From the NCBI GenBank assembly GCA_965216725.1, contig CBDCGI010000022.1, positions 147,222-211,221 on the forward strand: a stretch of 64,000 nt of DNA, read 5' to 3'. Positions 10,072 to 19,568 of this stretch are shown one piece after another. The notes beneath the pieces were generated by a model. It ran no database searches. It saw only the letters and a program-made list of their open reading frames with translations, and had not been told where the DNA came from. Position numbers and translations under genes: made by a program. Numbering within the stretch: the stretch's first letter is position 1; every line of letters begins with the position of its first letter. The DNA is from Acidimicrobiia bacterium (GTDB taxonomy: Bacteria; Actinomycetota; Acidimicrobiia; Spongiisociales; ZC4RG35).

Positions 10072-10102
10072 TCAGGCCTTCGCCCGGCAATCCGAAGAGG
10101 GT

Positions 10103-10516
10103 CTAGAGGCCGTGCAGCTTGGAGATGCTTTTCGTCTCGTCCGGGTCGGGCTCGGTCACGTCGAGGAACGCGTTGACGCATTCCACGGCGACGTCGGCTG
10201 AGGTTCGTTTCAGGCTCAGGGTGAGAACGTTGGCGTCGTTCCATCGTCTCGCGTTCTGGGCTATCCAAGACTCCCAGGCCTGGGCGGCGCGCACTCCCTT
10301 GACCTTGTTGGCCGCAATCGCAGTACCGGTGCCGGTCCAGCACATCAGGACCCCGTAATCGGCTTCGCCGGATGCGACCGTCTCGGCGACCGCCCGTGAC
10401 ATCTCCGGCCAGCTGGTTGACTCGCTCGGCCGGATCAGTTCAGACCTCTCCGCAAGGACGGCGATTACGGCGTCGACACACTCATTCTCGTCGTCGGCAG
10501 CGAATGCGACTCTCAC
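10103..10516 (-). CDS. rpiB: Ribose-5-phosphate isomerase B (RpiB/LacAB family)
   Basis: 137 aa with a GTG start. The core LMCWTGTGTAIAANKVKGVRAA matches the RpiB catalytic Cys/Thr loop and the ANK..G.RAA signature. Confidence 0.85.
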   Translation of the reverse strand: MRVAFAADDENECVDAVIAVLAERSELIRPSESTSWPEMSRAVAETVASGEADYGVLMCWTGTGTAIAANKVKGVRAAQAWESWIAQNARRWNDANVLTLSLKRTSADVAVECVNAFLDVTEPDPDETKSISKLHGL

Positions 10517-10520
10517 GGTG

Positions 10521-10599
10521 GGAACGCTACTGCCGTCGTGCCTCCCGTCGAGCGTGCTTCACAACAACGTCAGTTTGTCGTTATGCACACTCGACGAGG
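10521..10599 (-). repeat. Palindromic element, diverged copy 3
   Basis: The flank is GGAACGCTACTGCC (compare GGAACCTACTCC). The outer arms GTCGAGCGTGC (10547..10557) and GCACACTCGAC (10585..10595) have one mismatch and are 27 nt apart, versus 28 nt in copy 1. It ends 4 nt upstream of the rpiB GTG. Confidence 0.55.
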
Positions 10600-10726
10600 A
10601 TTGCTGCTTGCGTGTGGTGGATTTCGGCTCGTAACGGTTCCGTAGCGCCCAACGACGAGACTCCCTCAGCGGCAGGCCCGTCCGGGCTGCCAACAGGAAC
10701 AGATCACTCCGAGAAAGGATGCGCAC

Positions 10727-11488
10727 GTGGACGGAGAACGAGCAACCCACAGTTCGGTACAAACACTTGGCCTCATGATGGTTGCTGGTGGCCTGCTGTT
10801 CGTCGTCGCCTTTCTGCTGGTTCGGGGGGACACCGAAGATGTCGCATTCCTGGGCATTATTGCCGGGGTAGCCCTAGTAGCCGCGTTGGTGGTGTGGCGT
10901 TGGGACGCCACTTGGGCAAGGGTGGTTGGCCTGCTCGGAACCCTGTTTGTCGGGGCGTCCGCCTTCTGGTTCGCCTTCGGCGTGTTTCAGCCGTTCAGCC
11001 CGCTGGAATTCATCGTCGGCCTCCTGTTCCTCCTCGGAATCCTCCTCGCGTTGATCTGGGGAGTAATGGCCTTGGTCGCCGGGATCAAGGGACGGACGGG
11101 TCAGACCACAGGCGACGACAGGTTGCGGAAGTGGGTGCCCAGCGCGATCGCCGTTCTTTCGGTTGTGTCGATTGTTGGCTTTTTCGCCACTCGGCAGACT
11201 GTCAGCGCAGATGAGGCCGCTGGCGCCACCTTGCTCGACATGGTCGATTTCGAATTCGCTCCCGAAGACGTGGCAACCGACGGCAGGCTATTGATCCACA
11301 ACTCCGACCCCTTCGCCCACGACTTCACGCTGGACGAGCTCGACATCTACTCATACGTGGGGCCCGGCTCAGAGGTCATCGTCGATCTCACCGGGGCTGC
11401 GCCTGGAACGTACGACTTCGTCTGCTCTCTCCACACCGATCCATCAACCGGTGAGGGCATGATCGGTCAGGTGAGCATCACGAGCTAA
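10727..11488 (+). CDS. Polytopic membrane protein with C-terminal cupredoxin (type-1 copper) domain
   Basis: 253 aa with about 4-5 hydrophobic helices. It ends with HNSDPFAHDF...YDFVCSLHTDPSTGEGMIGQV, a His...Cys-x2-His...Met ligand pattern. The start codon is uncertain. Confidence 0.7.
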   Translation: MDGERATHSSVQTLGLMMVAGGLLFVVAFLLVRGDTEDVAFLGIIAGVALVAALVVWRWDATWARVVGLLGTLFVGASAFWFAFGVFQPFSPLEFIVGLLFLLGILLALIWGVMALVAGIKGRTGQTTGDDRLRKWVPSAIAVLSVVSIVGFFATRQTVSADEAAGATLLDMVDFEFAPEDVATDGRLLIHNSDPFAHDFTLDELDIYSYVGPGSEVIVDLTGAAPGTYDFVCSLHTDPSTGEGMIGQVSITS

Positions 11489-11571
11489 TCGCGTTGTTAG
11501 CCAGGTCGTGGTGCGCCAACGGTGGCCCAGCTGGCCGACGCCGTCATAAGTGAGCCGGATGCCCTTTCAGT

Positions 11572-12318
11572 TCACCGGAGGAGCATCCGGGCTGCCGCGA
11601 CCAGAGCTGCGAAAACCACAACCCAGCGAATCCAGTCGGCACCACGCTTGATCGCAAGGTTGGAAGCCAACCAGGCTCCTGTCATGTTTCCCACGGATAG
11701 AACGCCACCAGCGATTAGCGACACCTGGCCGGCGAGGAAGAAGACGGGTAACGCAATAGCCGTAAAGGCAAGGATCAGAGCCACTTTGGCGGCGTTGCCA
11801 GTGACCAGATTGAGGCCGGCCCCCAGGACGAGCCCGGCCAGAAGGAGGAACCCTACGCCGGCCTGGATGAATCCCCCGTAGAAGCCGATCGCGAAGAAGA
11901 CGATTGGCCCTGTCCGTGGAGTGAGTTTGGGCAGTGTCCCACCTTTCCACCGTGAAGGGGAGACCAACACCGACAGGGCCACCCCAATAATCGCTATCGC
12001 AAAGACAACCTCGATCGTGTCAGGATCGGCCTGAGTCGCCAGCCACGATCCTCCGCCGGCTCCGGCGAGAACTGGGAGCACCAGCGGCCGAACCACAGCC
12101 CATGGCACGGCACGGGCCCGGTGAAAGTTGGCAACGCCCACGGAGTTCTGGAGAAGGATCGCTACTCGGTTCGTTCCGTTCGCGAGCAAGGGGTCCCCGA
12201 GGACCTCCACCAGGACTGGCAGCGATATGGCCGAGCCCCCACCGGCCACGGTGTTCACGAAGCCTGCAATGAGACCGCCGGCGATCAGCGCCAATCCTTC
12301 GGCTAATCCAAGGTCCAT
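11572..12318 (-). CDS. TauE/SafE (DUF81) family anion exporter
   Basis: 248 aa, Gly-rich and polytopic, with GGLIAGFVNTVAGGGSAISLPVL and a repeated second half. Confidence 0.8.
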   Translation of the reverse strand: MDLGLAEGLALIAGGLIAGFVNTVAGGGSAISLPVLVEVLGDPLLANGTNRVAILLQNSVGVANFHRARAVPWAVVRPLVLPVLAGAGGGSWLATQADPDTIEVVFAIAIIGVALSVLVSPSRWKGGTLPKLTPRTGPIVFFAIGFYGGFIQAGVGFLLLAGLVLGAGLNLVTGNAAKVALILAFTAIALPVFFLAGQVSLIAGGVLSVGNMTGAWLASNLAIKRGADWIRWVVVFAALVAAARMLLR

Positions 12319-12326
12319 CGTGGGCT

Positions 12327-13577
12327 CTATCTCTCCGTAGTTGTGCCGGAGAGTCCGTTCGCTTCAATCCTGGGCAAGAACCTTCGTGCGGCGAGACCAG
12401 CCGCGACGAGGATGGTCAGGCCTCCGATGCCCAGAGCCCAGCGTGGGCTGAGGTTCTCTCCTAACCACCCCATCAAGGGCCCACCGATGGGGGTGGAGCC
12501 AAGAAAGGCGACTGCCCATAGTCCCATCACCCGGCCTCGCATCTCAGGAACAGATGAGAGTTGAAGAGTCGAATTGCCGACTGCGATGAACGCCAGGCTC
12601 ACGGCTCCGAGCCCCACCAATAAGACGACGGCGGTTATGAGGCCGGGAGCAAGAGATGCAAGCACTTGCGTCGCCCCGAACAGGGTGGCGATCTGAAGGA
12701 GGAGCCTGTGGCCGTGGGCCTGCCTCGCTGCTGTCACCAGTCCGCCGGCGACCGCGCCGACGCCCATCGCCGATGTCATGAGGGCGAAAGTCTGAGCGTC
12801 GCCTTCAAACGTGAAGCGTGCCAGGAGTGGCAGGACAACCTGGTATTCGAACGCGAACGTTCCCGCGACTGCCATGAGCAGTATCGGCATCATGACGGAC
12901 GGGGTATGACGAACGTACGCGAGGCCTTCGCGCAGTTGCCGTTTGCGGCGGGGTTGAGAGGGTGTCTTCTCGAGCTCGCCGACGTCGAGAGCAAGAAGTG
13001 CTGCGATGACCGCCAGGTACGTGACCGCGTTGAACAAAAAGCACCAGGCAAGTCCGACCGTTGCGATCAGCACTCCAGCGATTGCGGGGCCCACGATTCG
13101 AGCAGCGTTCATCAGGGTGGAGTTGAGACTGAGAGCGTTCGTCAATTGGCTTGGCCCCACCATTTCCAAGACGAATGTCTGGCGGGCTGGATTGCCCAAG
13201 CTCCCCGCAAGGCCGAGCCCAAGAGCGAGTGCGTAGACCATCCACAGCTCCACGACTCCGGTGAGGGTGACGACCCCCAGTAGCGCCGCCGACAGAGCTG
13301 AGCCCGCCTGGGTGACGATGAGAATCAGCCGCTTGTCGGATCTGTCAGCAAAGAGACCGCCTAGTGGAGCGAGCAATAGGACCGGCAGGAATTGCAACGC
13401 GGTCACCAAGCCCACTGCGGTTCCGCTCCCAGTGAGCTCAAGGACGAGCCACGCCTGAGCGATGCGCTGTACCCAAACGCCTGACAGGGAGACGCTCTGA
13501 CCTATGAAAAACAGCCTGAAGTTGCGCACCGCCAACGACGAGAAGATTCGACCCAGTTGGATTCTCACCGTCGTCAC
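12327..13577 (-). CDS. MFS transporter
   Basis: 416 aa with about 12 TM segments. The FADRSDKRLIL loop lies between TM2 and TM3. Confidence 0.8.
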   Translation of the reverse strand: MTTVRIQLGRIFSSLAVRNFRLFFIGQSVSLSGVWVQRIAQAWLVLELTGSGTAVGLVTALQFLPVLLLAPLGGLFADRSDKRLILIVTQAGSALSAALLGVVTLTGVVELWMVYALALGLGLAGSLGNPARQTFVLEMVGPSQLTNALSLNSTLMNAARIVGPAIAGVLIATVGLAWCFLFNAVTYLAVIAALLALDVGELEKTPSQPRRKRQLREGLAYVRHTPSVMMPILLMAVAGTFAFEYQVVLPLLARFTFEGDAQTFALMTSAMGVGAVAGGLVTAARQAHGHRLLLQIATLFGATQVLASLAPGLITAVVLLVGLGAVSLAFIAVGNSTLQLSSVPEMRGRVMGLWAVAFLGSTPIGGPLMGWLGENLSPRWALGIGGLTILVAAGLAARRFLPRIEANGLSGTTTER

Positions 13578-13686
13578 AGGAAAGGACCTCTCATCGGATC
13601 AGCCCTCGCGCCTCAAGGTCGCTCGGGATTGGCGATCCGAGCCTTGGAACTGGTCGGCTCAACATCAGCGTCGAACGCCCGCTGTG

Positions 13687-14532
13687 TCAGGCGGTGTGCG
13701 CATCCTCCCAGGAGATGATTGGGTTGCGCAAGACCCCGATACGGTCGATCTCTGCCTCTACGACATCGCCGGGCTTCAGGTATAGCGACTCCGCATCTTC
13801 GCTGAAGCCGGCCACGCCCGAAACCGTCCCGGTGGAGAGAATGTCACCCGGGCTGTACCCCATCGGGGAGTAGTGGGAAACGATCTCCTGGATTGTGACC
13901 GACATGTTCCCTGTGTTGGATACCTGACGTGCCTCGCCGTTGACTCGTAGCTCGACGTCCAGCGAATGAGGATCTCCAATCTCGTCAGGAGTGACGATCC
14001 AAGGGCCAATTGGACAGAACGTGTCGATCCCCTTGCAAAACGAGAACACACCAGACTCCATCTCGCGACGCTGGATATCACGGGCGGTGATGTCGTTGAA
14101 GATCAGGTAGCCGGCGATGTATTCGTCCGCTTCTTCGGCTGAGAAGAACTTGCCCTCTTTGCCGATGATCACCGCGAGCTCTAATTCGTAGTCGAGCTCA
14201 TTTGTCAATTGGTGTGGGTAGACGATGGGATCGTCAGGTCCGATGATTGCGTCCACATTCTGAAAAAACACTATCCACGGCAGCACCGGGTGGGACCAGT
14301 TGACGCGTAGCGATTCTTCATGATGCTCTCGGTAGTTTCCTGCCGTGTGGAAGAACTTCTTGGGGATAATCGGAGCACCCAAGTCGACGTCTTCCAACGC
14401 GAAATCGTGGCCCGTCTCGGCAACGTTGCCACCTCGTTCGAAGTACTCCCGCATTGATGAGACTTCGAACTCGACGATCCGATCCTCGGCGACCCGGCCG
14501 ACCAAGCCCTGGTTGAACGTGACCAGCTTCAT
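13687..14532 (-). CDS. Fumarylacetoacetate hydrolase (FAH) family protein
   Basis: 281 aa. It contains YLIFNDITARDIQ, FCKGIDTFCPIGPWIVT and GDILSTGTVSGVA, typical of the FAH C-terminal domain. Confidence 0.9.
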   Translation of the reverse strand: MKLVTFNQGLVGRVAEDRIVEFEVSSMREYFERGGNVAETGHDFALEDVDLGAPIIPKKFFHTAGNYREHHEESLRVNWSHPVLPWIVFFQNVDAIIGPDDPIVYPHQLTNELDYELELAVIIGKEGKFFSAEEADEYIAGYLIFNDITARDIQRREMESGVFSFCKGIDTFCPIGPWIVTPDEIGDPHSLDVELRVNGEARQVSNTGNMSVTIQEIVSHYSPMGYSPGDILSTGTVSGVAGFSEDAESLYLKPGDVVEAEIDRIGVLRNPIISWEDAHTA

Positions 14533-14581
14533 TGGGCCCGGTTGGTCAGAAGATTTGACATTTGATCAAATCTAGCACCGC

Positions 14582-15265
14582 CTACGAAACCGTGCCCCCG
14601 TCGCTCTCCAAATCGTGAAGGGCGGCGATACCGGCTTCGAAGCTGTTGGAAAGGTGGGTCCTGAGACGTTTCTCGGCGAGGTCGGGATCACCGGCGGCGC
14701 AGGCTTCGACGATGTCGCGGTGCTCTTGGATTCGCTGTTCGGGTGTGCCTCGCAGTGGCAGAGAAAGCCGCCGATAGCGTTCGCTGTTGTCCCAGAGCAT
14801 CGGCAACAAAAGATGCAGCCAGCGTGAGCCTGAGAGCTCATATAGCTCCATATGCACGTCGCCGTGAAGGTCGCGCGCCGATGCCAATCCTGCAACGGAT
14901 GCCTTGGCGTACTCGTCGACCAGATTTCGAAGGCGTTCGCGGTCGTCATCGACCATGCGTTCGGTTGCGAGGCGGACCGCCCTGCTCTCTAGCTCGAGTC
15001 GTATCTGGTAGGTGTCCTCGAGGTCCGAGGCAGACATCGGAGCCACCACAACACCGCGGTGCGGCGTTCTGACGATCAACCCCTTTTGTTCCAAGAACCT
15101 AAGGGCCTCTCTTATCGGCACCGAGCTCATGCGTAGCCGACTGACATACTCTTGGAGACGTATCGGAGTGCCCGGGGGGATTTCCCCGGAGACAATTGCC
15201 TCTCGCAGCTCGGCGAGGGCTACATCTGCGAGAGTCCTGGCTCCCTCATTCGGTCGCAGCGCCAC
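14582..15265 (-). CDS. GntR-family transcriptional regulator (FCD-type C-terminal domain)
   Basis: 227 aa. The N-terminal winged HTH reads ...LRMSSVPIREALRFLEQKGLIV, followed by an all-helical C-terminal half. Confidence 0.88.
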   Translation of the reverse strand: MALRPNEGARTLADVALAELREAIVSGEIPPGTPIRLQEYVSRLRMSSVPIREALRFLEQKGLIVRTPHRGVVVAPMSASDLEDTYQIRLELESRAVRLATERMVDDDRERLRNLVDEYAKASVAGLASARDLHGDVHMELYELSGSRWLHLLLPMLWDNSERYRRLSLPLRGTPEQRIQEHRDIVEACAAGDPDLAEKRLRTHLSNSFEAGIAALHDLESDGGTVS

Positions 15266-15368
15266 GTCTGAACCCTAAACCTTCAGGTCAACGAACGGCC
15301 AGTGGCTGATGAGCCCAGGTCGAGACTCAGATGCGGTCGATCGGCTGGCTTGAGTCTTGCCGCCGAGC

Positions 15369-16580
15369 TCAAGACGGCCCTGCGCTCTCCACTGCAGTAA
15401 CCGTGGACAGCTCCGACACCATTGCGACGAACTCGTCGTCCGGAACCAATCCGCCGCGCTCGATGCCTCGGTCCTTCACCCGTGCCAGAAGGTCGGCGTG
15501 GAGTTCCTCGGGGATGTCGAGCGACAATTCCTGGGCCTTGACCTTGATGCTCGCCAGCCCGCTCTTCTTTCCAAGGACCAGGCCCCGTTCGGCGCCCACC
15601 AGCTGCGACGAAAAAGGCTCGATCGCCATCGGATCGTGGAACTGTGATGCCACGGCGCCGCTTTCTCTGATGAAAAGGTTGCGCCCGGTTACTGGTTTCC
15701 AGGGGGCGAGGTCGTATCCAGAGAGTCGCTGGACGGTTGCGGCCACGTCGGCAATGTGCTCGAGCGCCAGACCGGTGTCGGTGCGATATATCGCCTCCGC
15801 TGCCAAGGCGAACTCGGCGAGGTCCATATTGCCGGCACGTTCACCCATTCCGTTGATCGTTCCATGGACCCAGTCGGCTCCTGCTCGGACCGCCTCGATC
15901 GCGCCTGCGGTTGCCAGTCCGAAGTCGTCGTGGCCGTGCCAGTGAATTGGCACGCCGTCGCCCACCCAAGAGCGCGCCTCAATGACCATGCCCGCAGCGG
16001 CCTCTGGCGCAGCAATGCCAAGAGTGTCAACGAGGGCTATCTCCCTGGCGCCGGCTTCGATCGAAGCTGTGTAGATCCGCTCGAGAAAGGACCTCTCGGC
16101 ACGGCTTCCGTCTACTCCGAAGAAGCAGACATGGATGCCGTTTTCAGTGGCCATGCGAACCGAGTCAACGACTCTCTGGACGACCACATCTCTCGTCAGG
16201 CCGTAGGCCGACAGCTTCCCGTCGCTCACCGGGGTCTCGATCACCGCAGCCCGCACTCCCAGCTCCAGCAGTTGCTCGACGTCGGGGATCACGGCCCGTG
16301 AGAACCCCCAGATCTCGGCATTGAGGTTTGCGTCCAGGATCAGCTTGAACGCCTGGACATCGTCGGCCGAAACACGGGGAAATCCTGCTTCGATGCGGTC
16401 GACTCCGAGGCGATCGAGGGCTACGGCAATCTCAAGCTTGGCTTCGGGGCCCAATGCGACCCCGACCGTTTGCTCACCGTCACGAAGAGTCGTGTCATAG
16501 ATTCCGACTCTCTTCTCCAGGGCAGAGTCTGCTGCCACGTCATTGAAGGATCCGGTCCACACCAGTTCACGATCGAGCAT
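15369..16580 (-). CDS. HMGL-like (pyruvate carboxyltransferase domain) enzyme, 2-isopropylmalate/homocitrate-synthase-like or aldolase-like
   Basis: 403 aa. It has the YDTTLRDGEQ signature and the HWHGHDDFGLATA metal-binding region. It has no long LeuA regulatory tail. Confidence 0.8.
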   Translation of the reverse strand: MLDRELVWTGSFNDVAADSALEKRVGIYDTTLRDGEQTVGVALGPEAKLEIAVALDRLGVDRIEAGFPRVSADDVQAFKLILDANLNAEIWGFSRAVIPDVEQLLELGVRAAVIETPVSDGKLSAYGLTRDVVVQRVVDSVRMATENGIHVCFFGVDGSRAERSFLERIYTASIEAGAREIALVDTLGIAAPEAAAGMVIEARSWVGDGVPIHWHGHDDFGLATAGAIEAVRAGADWVHGTINGMGERAGNMDLAEFALAAEAIYRTDTGLALEHIADVAATVQRLSGYDLAPWKPVTGRNLFIRESGAVASQFHDPMAIEPFSSQLVGAERGLVLGKKSGLASIKVKAQELSLDIPEELHADLLARVKDRGIERGGLVPDDEFVAMVSELSTVTAVESAGPS

Positions 16581-16612
16581 TGCCCCTCACGTTTTAGCAA
16601 ATATCAATTATA

Positions 16613-17614
16613 TCATTGGCCAATTGGCCCGGCGACTCGCTCGTCCGAGCTGTAGAGGTGGCAAGCCGCGAGGTGATGCGGCCCGACGTCAACCTGATTT
16701 GGGGTGGTGCTGCATATATCCATCACCGCCGGGCACCTGGTTCGGAATCGACATCCTGCGGGGGGTTCCAGGGGATTCGGCAGTTCCCCTTCGATCTTCA
16801 GCCGGGGCCGCTTCTCGCTTGGGTGAGTCGGCAAATCTGAAGCAAACAGTCCCTGTGTGTAGGGGTGCTTGGGGTCTTCGAAGATCTGTTGACATGGACC
16901 GCTCTCAACTATTCGACCCATATACATGACGGCCACTTCATCGGCTACGTAGCGGACGGTGGCGAGGTCGTGAGAGATCATCAGATAAGTCGTGCCGAAT
17001 TCGAGTTGGATGTCCTTGAGGAGATTCAGCACCTGCGCTTGGACCGATACGTCCAGGGCCGATACCGGCTCGTCCAGGACAAGTAGTTTGGGTTCTGTGA
17101 TCAACGCGCTGGCGAGTGCTATTCGTTGGCGTTGACCGCCACTGAATTCGTGGGGAAAGAGGTCTGCGTGCCATGGGCGGAGCCCGACCTTCTCCAGGGT
17201 GCCCTTAACTCGATCTCGAACCTCTCCTTTCGGCATCGCATGATTGGCCACGAGAGGCTCCGCCACAATGCTCCGGACCTTCATACGCGGGCTGAGCGAC
17301 GCCCATGGGTCTTGGAAGACCGCCTGTACCGTCGACCGAAACCAAGGCAGTTCCGACTTCTGAAGTGCGTGAATGTCTTTTCCTTCGAGCGTGACCGATC
17401 CTGATGTCGGCTCTACCAGCCTGAGGACGATGCGGGCTGTGGTCGTCTTGCCGCACCCTGATTCGCCCACCAAGGCCAATGTCTTGCCCTGCTCCACCGA
17501 GAACGTGATCCCGTCGACGGCCCTGACGTGGCCGATGGTTCGACCCCCGTATTGGCCCCTAGAGACGGGGAAGTGTTTGGTAAGGCCGTGGACGTCGATC
17601 AGAGGCTGTGCCAT
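16613..17614 (-). CDS. Peptide/nickel-type ABC transporter ATP-binding protein (DppF/OppF-like)
   Basis: Walker A is GESGCGKTT, the ABC signature is FSGGQRQR and Walker B is LLVLDEP. The ATG at 17614 is preferred (MAQPLID) because GGAGG lies 5 nt upstream. The track ORF starts at TTG 17638. Confidence 0.9.
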   Translation of the reverse strand: MAQPLIDVHGLTKHFPVSRGQYGGRTIGHVRAVDGITFSVEQGKTLALVGESGCGKTTTARIVLRLVEPTSGSVTLEGKDIHALQKSELPWFRSTVQAVFQDPWASLSPRMKVRSIVAEPLVANHAMPKGEVRDRVKGTLEKVGLRPWHADLFPHEFSGGQRQRIALASALITEPKLLVLDEPVSALDVSVQAQVLNLLKDIQLEFGTTYLMISHDLATVRYVADEVAVMYMGRIVESGPCQQIFEDPKHPYTQGLFASDLPTHPSEKRPRLKIEGELPNPLEPPAGCRFRTRCPAVMDICSTTPNQVDVGPHHLAACHLYSSDERVAGPIGQ

Positions 17615-18627
17615 TCCGCCTCCTCTGACCTCCAACAACTAGCAGTGTGACCCGTTGATACCTCGACCGGGTGTGGATACTCGGCCTCGCATTCGTCGAG
17701 TCGGTATGGGCACCGGGGGGCAAACCGACAACCCGGTGGGAGGTCGTTCAACGCAGGTGGGTTGCCGTCTATGGATGGGAGGCGATCGAGCGTCAATGCG
17801 GCCCGCGGCCTGGCTGCCAATAGCGCTTTTGTGTAAGGGTGTCTCGGAGAGTCGAAAATCTCATCTACCCGGCCCTGCTCGACGATTCGCCCCGCGTACA
17901 TGACTGCAACTCGGTCGCACGACTCTGCCACGACGCCGAAGTCGTGTGTGATGAGGATGATCCCAACCGAGGTTTGCTCTCGGAGCTCGTCGAGTAGTCG
18001 GAGGTATTGGGCCTGGATCGTCACATCCAGGGCGGTTGTCGGTTCGTCGGCGATGAGAACGGAAGGGCCGTAGGCGATAGCCATAGCGCCGACGATTCGC
18101 TGTTTCATCCCTCCGCTCATCTGGTGGGGGAAGTTGCGCAGACGGCGTTCCGGGGCAGAGACACGAACATCTCTCAATGCCTGGAGCGATCGCTCGTGGA
18201 CCTCCTCAGACGACGCTTCTCGGTCGTGAACACGTATGGCCTCGCTCAGTTGGTTGCCTACTGAGAAGACTGGGTTGAGAGACTGCTGCGGGTCTTGGAG
18301 GATCATCGAGATCTCTTGTCCACGCACCTTTCGCATCTGCTTTTCGCTGAGGGTCAGCAGGTCGCGGCCGTTAAGCCACACCTCTCCTCCCAAGATCCGG
18401 CCCGCCGGTTCCGGTGGAAGGCGGACCAGGGAAAGAGCCAGCATGGACTTGCCACTGCCTGACTCGCCGACAATCCCAAGCGTTTCGCCAGGAAACAGCT
18501 CGAGGGAGACACCGTCAACGGCTTTGGTCACTCCCCATCGCGTGTAGAGGTAGGTGACCAGATTCTTGACCTCGAGGACGGGCGTCTTTTGCTGCGACAG
18601 GCTCCCATCACCGGCTCGCTGACTCAT
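17599..18627 (-). CDS. Peptide/nickel-type ABC transporter ATP-binding protein (DppD/OppD-like)
   Basis: Walker A is GESGSGKS, the signature is MSGGMKQR and Walker B is VLIADEPTT. The start is taken at MSQRAGD (18627), which overlaps the upstream stop as ATGA. The longer track ORF extension overlaps the permease gene. Confidence 0.9.
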   Translation of the reverse strand: MSQRAGDGSLSQQKTPVLEVKNLVTYLYTRWGVTKAVDGVSLELFPGETLGIVGESGSGKSMLALSLVRLPPEPAGRILGGEVWLNGRDLLTLSEKQMRKVRGQEISMILQDPQQSLNPVFSVGNQLSEAIRVHDREASSEEVHERSLQALRDVRVSAPERRLRNFPHQMSGGMKQRIVGAMAIAYGPSVLIADEPTTALDVTIQAQYLRLLDELREQTSVGIILITHDFGVVAESCDRVAVMYAGRIVEQGRVDEIFDSPRHPYTKALLAARPRAALTLDRLPSIDGNPPALNDLPPGCRFAPRCPYRLDECEAEYPHPVEVSTGHTASCWRSEEAEWHSL

Positions 18628-19568
18628 CGCCGCTGCCTCATCTTGGGGTCCAGGAAGTCGCGTAGCCAATCGCCCATGAGATTCAACGACAGGACCACAA
18701 GCAGAATGGCAAGACCCGGGAAGAATGAGATCCACCAGGCGGTCAGGATTTGATCTCGTCCGTCAGAAACCATGACTCCCCAGCTGGGATTCGGGCGCGG
18801 AATGCCGGCTCCGATGAAGCTCAAAGAGGACTCTTCGAGAATGACGACTCCTACCTGGAGTGTGGCGAGAACGATGAGTGTGTTCGCGACATTGGGGAGG
18901 ACGTGTCGCAGCATTATCTTCCATTTCGACGAGCCGGCCACTTTGGCCTTTGCTACGTACTCGGTTTCACGGACACTCAGAGTCTCACCCCTCACTTGTC
19001 GAGCGAAGCTCGCCCACATCGTCACTGCGATGATGGCCACGATGGTTATGAAGGAGGGTCCGATAGCGGCAACGATCACGAGGGCCAGGAGCACAATCGG
19101 CAGGCTCAGGAATGTGTCGATGAGCCAACTGACCGTGCGGTCCACCCAACCTCCGAAATAGCCGGCCAACAGTCCGAGAGTTGTGCCGAGGGAGGCGCCG
19201 ACGAGGATGGTCAGGGACGCGACCGTGAGCGAAATCCGGGCGCCATAAATGATTCTCGTGAGGATGTCCCGGCCCTGTTTGTCGGTACCCAGCGGGTAGG
19301 TCCACGTCCCTTCTTCGAGCCATGCCGGTGGCGTTAGACGGTCGCCGAGCTCGCCACGCAGCGGGTCGTGGACCGTGATGAAGTCGGCCAGGATGGCAGG
19401 GAGAATCAGGACAAATACGACGATGAAGATCGGGACCCACGGGACACGGTCCCGCCGCCTGCGCAGCCAGCGGAATCGACGTCTGCTGGTCGAACCGGCG
19501 TAGTTCGCTTCCGGATCCAAGACCTCGGAAGGAGGTAGGTCCGACCCCTTTCTCAGCCCCTTCGTCAT
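18624..19568 (-). CDS. ABC transporter permease (DppC/OppC-like)
   Basis: The start is taken at MTKGLRKG (19568), an ATGA overlap with the upstream permease stop at 19565. The hydrophobic body contains the EAA-like loop (YVAKAKVAGSSKWKIMLRHVLPN). The 153-aa Arg-rich N-terminal extension in the track ORF is rejected. Confidence 0.88.
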   Translation of the reverse strand: MTKGLRKGSDLPPSEVLDPEANYAGSTSRRRFRWLRRRRDRVPWVPIFIVVFVLILPAILADFITVHDPLRGELGDRLTPPAWLEEGTWTYPLGTDKQGRDILTRIIYGARISLTVASLTILVGASLGTTLGLLAGYFGGWVDRTVSWLIDTFLSLPIVLLALVIVAAIGPSFITIVAIIAVTMWASFARQVRGETLSVRETEYVAKAKVAGSSKWKIMLRHVLPNVANTLIVLATLQVGVVILEESSLSFIGAGIPRPNPSWGVMVSDGRDQILTAWWISFFPGLAILLVVLSLNLMGDWLRDFLDPKMRQRR

